Below the pieces are notes generated by a model, which saw only the letters and a program-made list of their open reading frames with translations, made no database searches and had not been told where the DNA came from. A stretch of 64,000 nt of DNA from Nitrososphaerota archaeon. Its GTDB lineage: Archaea > Thermoproteota > Nitrososphaeria_A > Caldarchaeales > Calditenuaceae. Of the stretch, positions 50,897 through 60,462 are shown in pieces (position 1 is the first letter of the stretch; every line of letters starts with the position of its first letter). The translations under genes were made by a program, and so were the position numbers. The stretch is from NCBI GenBank assembly GCA_033581555.1, contig JAVQSZ010000004.1:19321-83320 (forward strand). Direction: 5' to 3'.

Positions 50897-52278
50897 CTCA
50901 ATGCCCTCCTCCAGGCGTCCACGTCGACTACGACCTCCAGTTCGCCGGGCTCGACGACCAGGTCGACGTCGACCCTCTCCTCCAGGTCCCGCATGGATAT
51001 CCTGCCGTCGTACAGCGCCAGCAGCATGGCCACGCCTCTGCTCGAGGCGTCCGCTCCCCTCACCCTCTCGATCCTGCGGCCGCACGCCGTCGAGAGCAGC
51101 TTGAGGTAGCAGGTGCTGTTGCTGAGGCCACCGTCGACCCGTATCACGCTTCGTCTCCCAGCAACCTCCTCGACGGCTTCTACGATACTGTGAGCAGCCA
51201 GTACGAGGCCCTCCAAAACCCCTCTGACCAAGTCGCTCCTAGTGTGTGCCAGCGATAGTCCGTAGAGCAGTCCCGTGCATCCCCTCCTCCTGGGGAACCT
51301 GGTCTCGGTAAGCGATGGCACGAAAACCGCCGAGTGCTTAGCCTCCGTGACAGCCTTGTCGAGAGCCTCCACTTCGTCGAGAAGACCGATCCTGCAGAGC
51401 CACTCCACCGTCGATCCACCTGCAGAAGTGTATCCCTCGATGGCGTAGGCCCTGCGACCGCCGATGTTGTAGACCACCAGCGGTATGAGCTCGCCACGCG
51501 GAATCGTGAAGTCGGATACCGACGCATCCACGAACGTCCCGGTGCCGCAGGTGATCTTCAGGCAGTCTCTCCCAAGACACGAAGAGCCTATGATCGCGGA
51601 CTGCTGGTCGGCTATCAGGGCAGCGAAGTCGACTCCGTCCATCGACCCGATGTGGCTGCAGTTGTCCACGATTTCGGGGCTCACCGACTCAGGTATGCCC
51701 AGCAGGTTGTAGACGATCTCGAGCCTCTTCGCCGTCTTGGGGTGAATGAGGCCTGTAAGGGCCTCGTTGGAGAGATCGTTGACGTACCTGTTCGAGGCGA
51801 CGTAGGCGACGTAAGAGCTCAGCGTTCCGACGAACGCCTCCCCCTTCGAGACCATCTCCCTGAGCGCGGAGTCGTTCTCAAGGAGCCACTTGATCCTGAC
51901 CGCGGGGCTGTCCGGCCGTATCACCTTTCCCAGCACGGGGACGAGCCTGAGCGCCCTGTATACCGGCCGTGAGGTTATCGCCCTGCCTCTGGCGTCGAGC
52001 CACGTGATCACGTCGGTCAGGGGCCGTCCGCCCTTGTCCCACGCCAGCACCGAGCCTCTGTAGGTGGTTATGCCGGCCAGCCTGACGCCGAGTTCCTTAA
52101 GCCTCCTCGCGAACCCCAGGAACGTCTCCCTTATCGCGGTCGCGCTCTGCTCGACGTGACCCTCAGCGGTCCTCCGGAGGGGCACGCTAACCCCCTCCTT
52201 GAGGACGCAGTTCAGCTCATCGTCGTAGACGCTCAGCTTGATGCTGCTGCTCCCTACGTCGACGACGCCGTACTTCAT
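50887..52278 (-). CDS. FGGY-family carbohydrate kinase (glycerol-kinase-like)
   Basis: MKYGVVDVGSSSIKLSVY (ASKHA phosphate-1), ITCGTGTF and VDGGLSN motifs. ATGA overlap with the upstream gene. Confidence 0.75.
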   Translation of the reverse strand: MKYGVVDVGSSSIKLSVYDDELNCVLKEGVSVPLRRTAEGHVEQSATAIRETFLGFARRLKELGVRLAGITTYRGSVLAWDKGGRPLTDVITWLDARGRAITSRPVYRALRLVPVLGKVIRPDSPAVRIKWLLENDSALREMVSKGEAFVGTLSSYVAYVASNRYVNDLSNEALTGLIHPKTAKRLEIVYNLLGIPESVSPEIVDNCSHIGSMDGVDFAALIADQQSAIIGSSCLGRDCLKITCGTGTFVDASVSDFTIPRGELIPLVVYNIGGRRAYAIEGYTSAGGSTVEWLCRIGLLDEVEALDKAVTEAKHSAVFVPSLTETRFPRRRGCTGLLYGLSLAHTRSDLVRGVLEGLVLAAHSIVEAVEEVAGRRSVIRVDGGLSNSTCYLKLLSTACGRRIERVRGADASSRGVAMLLALYDGRISMRDLEERVDVDLVVEPGELEVVVDVDAWRRALRWA

Positions 52279-53225
52279 CCCGCGAATACCTCCACGCGCT
52301 CGACGTCGCCAGTAACGTCGATCACCGCGTAACCCTCTCTCAGCTCGTACGTCTTTCCCTCGATCAGAGCTCTGGATCCCCTGTGACCTATCACGAGGAA
52401 CCTCCTGAGGCATTCGCAGACGGTATGGGGGAAGACTCTCAGGTTCCCCCTCGCGATCACCTTCACGGTCTTCCCGCACTCGCAGGACATCCTGTCCGCC
52501 ATCATCTCAGAGGCCTTCACCAGGACCTTCGGGTCGTAGACGTCAATTGCCGCGTGTCCTGCCGCGGGGAACTCCGGGAACGGGTTCCAGGGTTCGAACA
52601 TCGCTATCACGAGCGTGTCGACATCGAGGGCCTCTCCGTTGACGTACACGGACGAAAGTCTGCCGCGCCCCCTGACCCGCTCGACCCTGCCCCTCAGAAC
52701 CGAGACGTCGTCGGGGACCATCGACTCGAGGTCGTCTCCTGATGGGCCGGAGGGGTCCACTATGACGACCCTTCTGGTGCGCTCCAGAAGCTTCACGGCG
52801 AGCAGCGCGCTGTACCTGTTTAGGCCGTATAGGACCACGTGTCTGCCCGGCAAGAGCCCCTCCATGAGGAGGTCTAAGACCGCGTGGTAGGGGTACACGC
52901 CGGAGGGCCTGTCTCCGAGGATTCCTAGCTCGAGGGGCGTAAGGACTCTGAAGCCTGTGGCCACCACGCAGCCCTTCAGGCCTTCGACCCCGTCGCTCGA
53001 GACGGCCACCAGTTCGGATCCGACCCTCACGGCGGTCTTCTCGGTTTCCACCTTGACCTCCCGCGAGAGCTCGTCCACGACGCTCATGGCCTCGGGGTCG
53101 ATCACGGAGATGCCGCCCAGCTGGCGCCTCGTCTCGATGACCCTCGCGTCGATCCCCCTGTCGAGCAGATGTTTGGAGAGCGAGAGCCCGGCCAGCCCAG
53201 CCCCTATGACCGTTCTACCAGCCAT
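52275..53225 (-). CDS. FAD/NAD(P)-binding oxidoreductase, partner subunit of the GlpA-like dehydrogenase
   Basis: VIGAGLAGLS dinucleotide motif, a second Rossmann-like VVLYGLNRYSALLA, and a Cys-containing C-terminal domain (CECGKT...CEC). Confidence 0.5.
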   Translation of the reverse strand: MAGRTVIGAGLAGLSLSKHLLDRGIDARVIETRRQLGGISVIDPEAMSVVDELSREVKVETEKTAVRVGSELVAVSSDGVEGLKGCVVATGFRVLTPLELGILGDRPSGVYPYHAVLDLLMEGLLPGRHVVLYGLNRYSALLAVKLLERTRRVVIVDPSGPSGDDLESMVPDDVSVLRGRVERVRGRGRLSSVYVNGEALDVDTLVIAMFEPWNPFPEFPAAGHAAIDVYDPKVLVKASEMMADRMSCECGKTVKVIARGNLRVFPHTVCECLRRFLVIGHRGSRALIEGKTYELREGYAVIDVTGDVERVEVFAG

Positions 53226-54616
53226 GAGCCCTCACCCCCCTTGACGAAGACTTCGGGTCTCAGACCAGTAAACCTGAACACCTCGACTATCGCCCTGCCC
53301 AAGCAGTGCTGACCCTGACAGGACCCCATGCCTAGTCTTGTCCTGAACATGACGCCATCGAGCGTCTTAGAGCCTGCCCTGATCGCGTCCTCGATGTCAG
53401 CCGAGCTGACGGCCATGCAGGGACAGACGACGGTGCCTCTCGGGCCCTTGACCGCGAGCGGGTCGATCTGAAGGAGCTCCCGGGTCCTATGCGCGAAGTC
53501 GGGATTCCTGAGGCCGCTCTTCGGCTTGAGATCCAATCCGGCCCTCTTGAGCATGTCCAGCACTGTCACGGCGATGGCCGGTGCTGCCGTGAGCCCCGGC
53601 GACTCCACGCCCACCAGGTTCACGACCCTGAAGGTCTTCGGGGAATAGGCGATGACGAAGTCGCCGCGGACGTGTGAGGGCCTCACGCCGGCGTACGCCT
53701 TGAGGGGTCTGCCCTTGGTCCTGACGAGCCCGCCGAACCTCGCCACGAGCACCTCGACGTCCTCAGGATAGACTCCCTTGTCGTCCCTCGAGCCCCCTCT
53801 GACCAGGTTAGGGCCCCAGATGGTGTTGCCCCAGACCGTTGGGATTATGCCGCCGCCCTTGGTCTCACCTCCGCGGACCAGCTGGAGGGGCGCAACGACG
53901 CTCCTCACTTGAAGCCCGTCGAAGACCAGCATCGCCCCCCTCTTCGCGACTAGGGACTCCTTCGCTCCGCTGAGGTTCGCTATCCTGTCGGACTCTAAAC
54001 CGGCAGCGTTGACGAGGAACTTCGACTTTATTGGACCTCGGTTGGTCCATAAGACAATATAATTCGGCTCGACTTCTATTCCTTCGACTTTGGTGTTGAA
54101 ACGGAACTTCACACCACGAAACCTCGAGACGTCGTGCAGCTTGTACACTAGATCGAAGGAATCGATGACGCCGTAGCCAGCTATCCTGATAGCCGCATAA
54201 CCAATCACGTTGGGCTCCATGGCCCTCAGCTCCGTACAGTTCACAACCGATACGTCGAAACCCTTGGTTCCGTAGTAGAGCCTCAGGACCGCGTAGACGA
54301 GCGGCAAGAGGAGGAGCTGCCCTAACGAGCGAGCTACCAGAAGCGCCGGAAGGCGCCAGAGTTTCACCTTCAGATCCGCGGCCACCGCGTCGTACATCCT
54401 GTTGCCCCGCAGAGCTAGCGCGCTCTTCACGGACTTAAGGGGTAGCTGGACGACGTGCAAAACGCCCGCGTGTCCCTTTGAAACACCGAAACCCGGCTCT
54501 GCCTCGCTCTCTACCACTACGACATCGACCTCGTATTTCGATAACTCATAAGCAACGAAAAGCCCCACAACGCCGGCGCCGATTATCGCGACGTCGTGAG
54601 CCCTGTTACCCTCCAT
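53204..54616 (-). CDS. FAD-dependent glycerol-3-phosphate dehydrogenase/oxidase (GlpA/GlpD-like) with a BFD-like [2Fe-2S] domain
   Basis: DVAIIGAGVVGL DAO-type N-terminus; C-terminal CPCMAVSSADIEDAI...GMGSCQGQHC. Confidence 0.75.
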   Translation of the reverse strand: MEGNRAHDVAIIGAGVVGLFVAYELSKYEVDVVVVESEAEPGFGVSKGHAGVLHVVQLPLKSVKSALALRGNRMYDAVAADLKVKLWRLPALLVARSLGQLLLLPLVYAVLRLYYGTKGFDVSVVNCTELRAMEPNVIGYAAIRIAGYGVIDSFDLVYKLHDVSRFRGVKFRFNTKVEGIEVEPNYIVLWTNRGPIKSKFLVNAAGLESDRIANLSGAKESLVAKRGAMLVFDGLQVRSVVAPLQLVRGGETKGGGIIPTVWGNTIWGPNLVRGGSRDDKGVYPEDVEVLVARFGGLVRTKGRPLKAYAGVRPSHVRGDFVIAYSPKTFRVVNLVGVESPGLTAAPAIAVTVLDMLKRAGLDLKPKSGLRNPDFAHRTRELLQIDPLAVKGPRGTVVCPCMAVSSADIEDAIRAGSKTLDGVMFRTRLGMGSCQGQHCLGRAIVEVFRFTGLRPEVFVKGGEGSWLVERS

Positions 54617-56327
54617 GAGACTCCTTCCCCCGACGGAGCCGATAGTTCAACCACCTTGAAGCGAAGAAGGCCACGCTTGCGACCACCATCAGAGGCGCGC
54701 CGAAGAACCCAGTGAAGGCCGATCTCATTAGCGAGTTGAAGAAGAACAGAGCGTCGTTCATGTCAGGGGACGGGAACCTGAAGCTGGCGCCGTAATCGAC
54801 GTAGAACGGCAACGCGTAAGCTAAGCTGACCAGTATTGCGGCCAGTGCCGTGAAAACAGAGATCACGAGAGCCCTGAACAAGTCCCTCCTCGAAGGCACG
54901 AACTCTACTACCCCGATGATGGCGCCCGCGACCAGCCCTCCGACGATTGCGCTCGTCTGAATTCTGCTGATCAGCCATCCGAACGACTCTATGTCTGAGA
55001 GGCTGAAGGGGCCATTGTTCAGCGCGTAGGAAGCCCAGAAAGACAGCTCATACGCCAGCAGTCCGATGATCAGCGAAATCAAGTGCCTCCGCAAGCCTCT
55101 GACCACGGTCACTTTGACCGCGAGTCCTGTCACAACGACGGCGAAGGAAGTCGCCGCGGCGGCCAGGGCTAACCTGAGGTTTCCGCCTCCCTTCCTCAGG
55201 TCCTTGGTCATCGAGTCGTAACGGCTTACGGGATCCGTTGTGGGATCCGTCCTGAGTCCGGTCGCCTCGCTTAACGCTCCGACCACCCTCAGCCCCTGAT
55301 CGATCGATGCTCTGAGGTAACGCTCAACGGTATCACCCGGAAGTGCAAAGCCTCCACCCAACACGACGCCTATGGAGTTCGCGGGAATCTTCCATCCCAT
55401 CACCATCGATACTGTGGGAGCGACGTCGTTGTGCGTGAACGCATCGTCATAGACGCCGGGCTTCACGACGGGTCCTAAGAACAACAGGAAGACCCTCCTG
55501 ACTTCGCGCTCTGGTCCTCCGTGATGTGCTCCTCTCTTGAACCCGTGATCGGTTAAAATGACTATCAATGTGTCATCGCTTAAGCCGTCCCTTTTCAAAG
55601 AATTCAGGAAGTTCATGGTCAATTGGACTATGTTCACTACGGTCGCGTTGTACTCCTCTCCTGGAAACCCAGCTTTGTGTCCCATAATGTCTACGTCATT
55701 TACCCCAACCCACAGGAAGACCTTATGGCCCATGTTTGCGTGCCTCTTGAGGAGCTCGAGGCCTTTGCTCAATGAAAGGGCGCCGTGCCCTCCACCGTCG
55801 CCGACGCTCACGCACTCGTCGATGAGGTGCGAGAACAGGGTTCTGAAGGAGTCGTCGCCGCTGCAGAGTATCCTGTACCCAGATTCCTTGGCGACTTTGA
55901 CGAGACTGTCTACCTTGAGGGTCCTCTTGAAGTCATTCGAGGACGCCTCGTTCAGTTCTGGAGGGGTCCCGGTAAGTATGGATGCCCTGGCGGGCAAGGA
56001 GTAGGAGGGCATGTTAGACAGGCCGTTCGGGTAAAACGCGCCGAGTGAAAGGAGCGATGCTATGTGGTCGTGCTTGCGGCTCAGGTCGGTCAAGACTCTC
56101 ACGTCTAGGCCGTCGAGCAGAACGAAGACGACGTGCTTCGCTGCGGCCTCTCCCGAGACCTCTACGCGATCGACTTCGGTCAGCGCGTCCAGGTACGGGT
56201 TCCTGTAATCGATCCAGCCGTTGTAGGCGCTAAGGGCCGTGGAGGCCGCAGCATAGGAGAGGGCCGGAACGAGGATGAGGGCGATCGCGAGGGACGCGTA
56301 GAATAGCTTCACAACGCACTCACACAT
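54606..56327 (-). CDS. membrane-bound alkaline-phosphatase-superfamily enzyme (NPP/PigN-type phosphodiesterase or phosphotransferase): N-terminal TM, outside catalytic domain, C-terminal polytopic domain
   Basis: LLDGLD, MPSYSLPARASILTG (nucleophile loop, cf. PIG-O PPTTTLQRLKGLTTG), VDIMGHKAG and ILTDHGF metal-site motifs, followed by ~6 TM helices. Confidence 0.55.
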   Translation of the reverse strand: MCECVVKLFYASLAIALILVPALSYAAASTALSAYNGWIDYRNPYLDALTEVDRVEVSGEAAAKHVVFVLLDGLDVRVLTDLSRKHDHIASLLSLGAFYPNGLSNMPSYSLPARASILTGTPPELNEASSNDFKRTLKVDSLVKVAKESGYRILCSGDDSFRTLFSHLIDECVSVGDGGGHGALSLSKGLELLKRHANMGHKVFLWVGVNDVDIMGHKAGFPGEEYNATVVNIVQLTMNFLNSLKRDGLSDDTLIVILTDHGFKRGAHHGGPEREVRRVFLLFLGPVVKPGVYDDAFTHNDVAPTVSMVMGWKIPANSIGVVLGGGFALPGDTVERYLRASIDQGLRVVGALSEATGLRTDPTTDPVSRYDSMTKDLRKGGGNLRLALAAAATSFAVVVTGLAVKVTVVRGLRRHLISLIIGLLAYELSFWASYALNNGPFSLSDIESFGWLISRIQTSAIVGGLVAGAIIGVVEFVPSRRDLFRALVISVFTALAAILVSLAYALPFYVDYGASFRFPSPDMNDALFFFNSLMRSAFTGFFGAPLMVVASVAFFASRWLNYRLRRGKESHGG

Positions 56328-56348
56328 GCAATTCGGGCTGAACGCGAT

Positions 56349-58175
56349 TTAAGGGTTGCAGCCATCTTCGTCGTGAATCGGAACAGACCGACTGGACTTG
56401 TTGAGTAGCGCTTCTTGGGCTGCGGTAATTGGTGGGGCGCTCTTCGACGCAGTGAGCTCACGGGTGAACGCACGGGTCATTCGCGCGCTCTCGGACCGGT
56501 AACGGGTCCCACGTTCACGGTCGAGTCCTAGTACGTAATTTCGCAGCAAGTAAGTCATGACGCCCGCCACCAGCGCGGTGATCAGGTTGCCGACCGCATG
56601 GAACTGACCATATGCTACTCCCAGGAGCAGGTACCACGCGATCAGGGGCCCGAGGAAGATCCTCTCTCCGAACTCGATCAGGAGCATCAAGAACGTGGTG
56701 AGGCCCGCGACCAGCAGGAGGGCCCTGACAGGCCTCCGCCTCACGAACGGTATCCACGGCCAGAGCGTGAGGATCGGTGCGAGTAGGACCACTGTCCCGA
56801 ACCTGTTGTAGAGGAGCGAGGCGACGGCTGCGACCGAGAGTGCGACCATCACGGGGAACGGGTGCGCACGTCCCCTCTGACGGAACATGACTGCGGCCGC
56901 GACCGGAGGAGCGAGGAAGAGGGCGAAGACCAACGGGTCCGGCGAGTAAAGGTATGGATGCCGCGGCGGAGGAGGGTAGGTGTCGTACCTCGGTATCAGG
57001 CCGAGGGCCGGCGAGACCGATACGAGCGAGAAGGAGACGACGAAGGCGGCCGCGTAGACGCCGAGCTCGAGGAACGCGCCCTTGACCTCCCTCCTCCTCT
57101 CCCAGAGCGATGCCGCGTGGACGATGACCGGTATCGCGAGGACCGAGGGAGCGACGTACGTCACCGGACCAGGCACGTAACGGCCGTCCAGCGCGAGGTA
57201 ATCGTCGTCGTATGGAGGTACGCGGTCGGCCTCGTCGAGGCTCTTGACCAGTGCGTAGACGTAGCGGCCGTAGGCCTCGAAGGAACTGACCCTCATGTTC
57301 TCCATCGTGTCCTTGGGAGTGTGGTAGACCTCCCTCGCGAGCTCGGGAGCGTCGCCCCTGGTCGATACCTCGATCGCGGGGATTCCCTTAGCGATGATGG
57401 GCCCCTGATCCGTGAAGGAGATGTCGACCGCCCTATAGACGTACTCCCACAGGCCGCTCGGGTCCTCGACGCGGACTCCCAAGCGATCGCCCACGTCCCT
57501 GCAGAGCCTCCTGAGCCATAGCGGAGCGTACCCGGAGAATTGGCCCATCGACTCGAGGTAGATCGACGTCAAGTTGCCGACCGTGAGGTCCTCGGCGACC
57601 ACCACAGCTCTGATCGGCGGGCCCTCGTACCGCTCGACGAAGTGCCTCGCTCCCTGCATCCCCCACTCCTCCGAGTCGACGAAGGCGAAGACGATCTCGC
57701 GCCTGTTGGGGACTTCCCTCAACGACCGCGCCAGCTCGAGAAGGACTCCGACGTGACCGGCCGTGTCGCTCGCTGCCTGGTAGCTCGTGGGGGCCATGTC
57801 GTAGTTGACCAGGACGACGACCGCATCGGGGACGCTTCCTTTGAGCGACGCGTAGACGTTCCTCCCGTTCCTGGGCCGCTCGAGGACCACCTCGAACTCC
57901 TGGACCTTTACCTCGTAGCCCATCTCGCGTAGCCGGTCGCTGATCCAGAGGAACGCCCGGAAGGCGTCCTCGCTCCCTGTAGTCCTATATGGGAAGCGGG
58001 ACGCTAGCTCGGCGGCGTACTCGTAGGCTTTGGTCGCGTTGAACCTGATCTCCTGGACGACCGGCTCGATCTCCGGCACGACCGGCTCCGAGACGAGGTG
58101 GAGCAGCAGGAAGGCAGCGACGCATGACACGTAGACCGCGGCCAGAACCCTATTGTCTCTCAACGTCGACGCCAA
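56349..58175 (-). CDS. M28-family Zn aminopeptidase fused to a C-terminal polytopic membrane domain
   Basis: N-terminal TM helix; GHVGVLLELARSL and FAFVDSEEWGMQGARHF (M28 H/D/EE ligands); then ~8-9 TM helices. The start may be TTG 58175 or 58163. Confidence 0.7.
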   Translation of the reverse strand: MASTLRDNRVLAAVYVSCVAAFLLLHLVSEPVVPEIEPVVQEIRFNATKAYEYAAELASRFPYRTTGSEDAFRAFLWISDRLREMGYEVKVQEFEVVLERPRNGRNVYASLKGSVPDAVVVLVNYDMAPTSYQAASDTAGHVGVLLELARSLREVPNRREIVFAFVDSEEWGMQGARHFVERYEGPPIRAVVVAEDLTVGNLTSIYLESMGQFSGYAPLWLRRLCRDVGDRLGVRVEDPSGLWEYVYRAVDISFTDQGPIIAKGIPAIEVSTRGDAPELAREVYHTPKDTMENMRVSSFEAYGRYVYALVKSLDEADRVPPYDDDYLALDGRYVPGPVTYVAPSVLAIPVIVHAASLWERRREVKGAFLELGVYAAAFVVSFSLVSVSPALGLIPRYDTYPPPPRHPYLYSPDPLVFALFLAPPVAAAVMFRQRGRAHPFPVMVALSVAAVASLLYNRFGTVVLLAPILTLWPWIPFVRRRPVRALLLVAGLTTFLMLLIEFGERIFLGPLIAWYLLLGVAYGQFHAVGNLITALVAGVMTYLLRNYVLGLDRERGTRYRSESARMTRAFTRELTASKSAPPITAAQEALLNKSSRSVPIHDEDGCNP

Positions 58176-59229
58176 GCCCCTTCAGTCCCTCCAGGAAAGA
58201 CGCGGGGTCGATGACCGCCTCGGGCGGGAGCACACCCCTCTCCGACACCTCGCCCCTCAGGATCGAGTGAGCGCCGAGGGCGGCGGGCGCAGCCGTCAGC
58301 TTCCTCATCCTGTTCACGGAGCAGTAGCTAACCCGCCTCTCGCCCCTCACGGCCTCGACCCTGACGCCGCTGAGCCCGACCCCTCCGACCCTGAAGACGC
58401 CCTCGATTCTGTGGATCGCCCTCGAGAGCTGCTCGAGCCTCTCCTCGGTCGAGGTCAGCCGCATTCCGACTAGCGTCCTGAGCAGACCGTTCTGCCACGC
58501 CGGGACTAGGCCCCCTCTCACGGTCACGTTCCTAGAGACCCTGAGGTGACTTGGTATCGTGAGCGGCTCTGGGTGGCCCACGTAGTACAGCTTCAGCTTC
58601 CCGATGAAGGGGAACTCGAAGACGGCCGGAGACGATCCTGCCCTCACCTTGGTCAGCCTGCCCTCGAGGTACATCGGGACCTCGCCCGTGACGGTGTGGA
58701 GGAGGTGCATCACGACCGCGAGCCCCTTCGAGTCGGCGGCCGACCCGAACCAACCTATGTTCACCTCGTCGACCTCTCCTCCTAGCTCCTCGCAGCACCT
58801 CTTCGCAATGACATTAGAGAGCCCTGGCGTCCACCCGAGACCGGTTACGAAGGTGACGTCCTTCTCGATGGCTCGCCGGTGCAGGCCGAGGATCCTCTCG
58901 GTGGCGTCGTGGTCGTCGCAGACGTCGACCGCGTCGATCCCCAGCTCGATCAGGGCTGAGGCCACGACGTGCCCGTACTTGAAGAACGGCCCCACGGCGC
59001 TCACGACGACCTCATACCCTCTCGCTGCGGTCATGTCCTCCCTCGAGGTGACGTCGACCTTGACGGCCCCAACGTCGCCCAAGTCTTTCAGGGACCGTGC
59101 GACCTCGAGCGCTCGCTGGACGTTCACGTCGCCTATGTCGACCTCCTCTCCGAGCTTCACCAGCTCCTCGACTATTCCGCCCCCGATGTCGCCGGCTCCG
59201 CCGAGCACCAGGACGCGCCTGGACCTCAT
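58150..59229 (-). CDS. saccharopine-dehydrogenase-like NAD(P)-binding oxidoreductase
   Basis: VLVLGGAGDIGGGIV Rossmann motif plus the Sacchrp_dh pattern (GLGWTPGLSN, YVGHPEP). Confidence 0.7.
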   Translation of the reverse strand: MRSRRVLVLGGAGDIGGGIVEELVKLGEEVDIGDVNVQRALEVARSLKDLGDVGAVKVDVTSREDMTAARGYEVVVSAVGPFFKYGHVVASALIELGIDAVDVCDDHDATERILGLHRRAIEKDVTFVTGLGWTPGLSNVIAKRCCEELGGEVDEVNIGWFGSAADSKGLAVVMHLLHTVTGEVPMYLEGRLTKVRAGSSPAVFEFPFIGKLKLYYVGHPEPLTIPSHLRVSRNVTVRGGLVPAWQNGLLRTLVGMRLTSTEERLEQLSRAIHRIEGVFRVGGVGLSGVRVEAVRGERRVSYCSVNRMRKLTAAPAALGAHSILRGEVSERGVLPPEAVIDPASFLEGLKGLGVDVERQ

Positions 59230-60323
59230 AGCGATGCGCTGCTTAGGGCCTTCGGGAGCTTAGTCGTGTTCTCGTAACCCGTCGATCCCAGAACCACGTC
59301 GTCCTCCAGCCTCACTCCGAATTTCCCGGGCAAGTATATTCCGGGCTCGATCGTAAATATCATTCCAGACACCAGCGGAGATTTGTCGCCCTCGACTATG
59401 TACGGCGCCTCGTGGACCTCGACCCCGAGCCCGTGGCCGGTGCGGTGTATGAAGAACGAAGCGTAACCCTCATGCGCAATGACCGACCTCGCGGCCCTGT
59501 CGACCTCCTCAGCAGAAACTCCAACGGCTATCGCGTCCAAGGCCCGCTGCTGCGCCTCCAACACGACGCTGAAGACGCGCTCCTGCTCCGGGTCTGGTCT
59601 ATCTAGCACAAAGGTCCTAGTGAAGTCGGCGTAGTAGCCCCTGTAACAGACCGAGGCGTCGAAGACTATCGCGTCGCCCTCACGGATCCTCCTCGACGTG
59701 GGCTCGAGGTGTGGGTTCGCGCCGTTCGGTCCGGACTGGATCAGGCAGTAAACGCTCTCGGCTCCCAAGTCGTAGCAACGACGGAGGAACGTGGTCATCG
59801 CGTCCCTCTCAGTCATCCCGGGCCTGAACTCCGCCATCGTCTCGAGCATCGCCTCCTCCAAGACGCGGGCGGCCATCACGTGTCTGACGACCTCATCGGG
59901 GTCCTTCGGAAGCCTCATGCTGACGATAACGTGGTCGACTATGTCGAACTTCAGTCCCGGAGCCCTTTGCACGAGGTTCCTGTAAAGCCACACCGGCGTC
60001 CTCGACTCCACGCCGATCACCCCCGAGAGTCCGGAGAGCAGTCTCTCCACGAAGCCCCAGGGTCCCGTCCCGTCGCCGTAGGGGAGGACCTCACAGTAGC
60101 GTCCTATCGCCTCCTCGACCCTGTCCCTGTCGAGCTGTGGGACGACCATAACCGGCTCCCGGTCGAACCCGGCAAGGAGGAACGCGGGCCTCTCGAAGAC
60201 CTCCAGCGTGAAGTCGAGGAGGTACCTCATGTTTGGGCCGGGCACGACTATCGCACCATCGAAACCGGACGCCCTGCAGAGCTCGAGGAACCTCTTCAGC
60301 CTCGAATCGACGCGGACCGGCAC
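59226..60323 (-). CDS. M24B Xaa-Pro dipeptidase/aminopeptidase (prolidase family)
   Basis: FDASVCYRGYYADFTRT, HRTGHGLGVEVHEAP and GMIFTIEPGIY. Confidence 0.85.
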   Translation of the reverse strand: MPVRVDSRLKRFLELCRASGFDGAIVVPGPNMRYLLDFTLEVFERPAFLLAGFDREPVMVVPQLDRDRVEEAIGRYCEVLPYGDGTGPWGFVERLLSGLSGVIGVESRTPVWLYRNLVQRAPGLKFDIVDHVIVSMRLPKDPDEVVRHVMAARVLEEAMLETMAEFRPGMTERDAMTTFLRRCYDLGAESVYCLIQSGPNGANPHLEPTSRRIREGDAIVFDASVCYRGYYADFTRTFVLDRPDPEQERVFSVVLEAQQRALDAIAVGVSAEEVDRAARSVIAHEGYASFFIHRTGHGLGVEVHEAPYIVEGDKSPLVSGMIFTIEPGIYLPGKFGVRLEDDVVLGSTGYENTTKLPKALSSASL

Positions 60324-60462
60324 GCTCCGAATATGCGCCGGTGGGACTTAAGGTGAGAGGTCTCGCCGTCGATCAGGGCGCAACGCGATGCTCCTCTGAC
60401 CCTCAGCGGATGCTGGGAGGAGCCGGAAAGCCAAAATACTGAACGTCATCGCTCAGCGGAGG

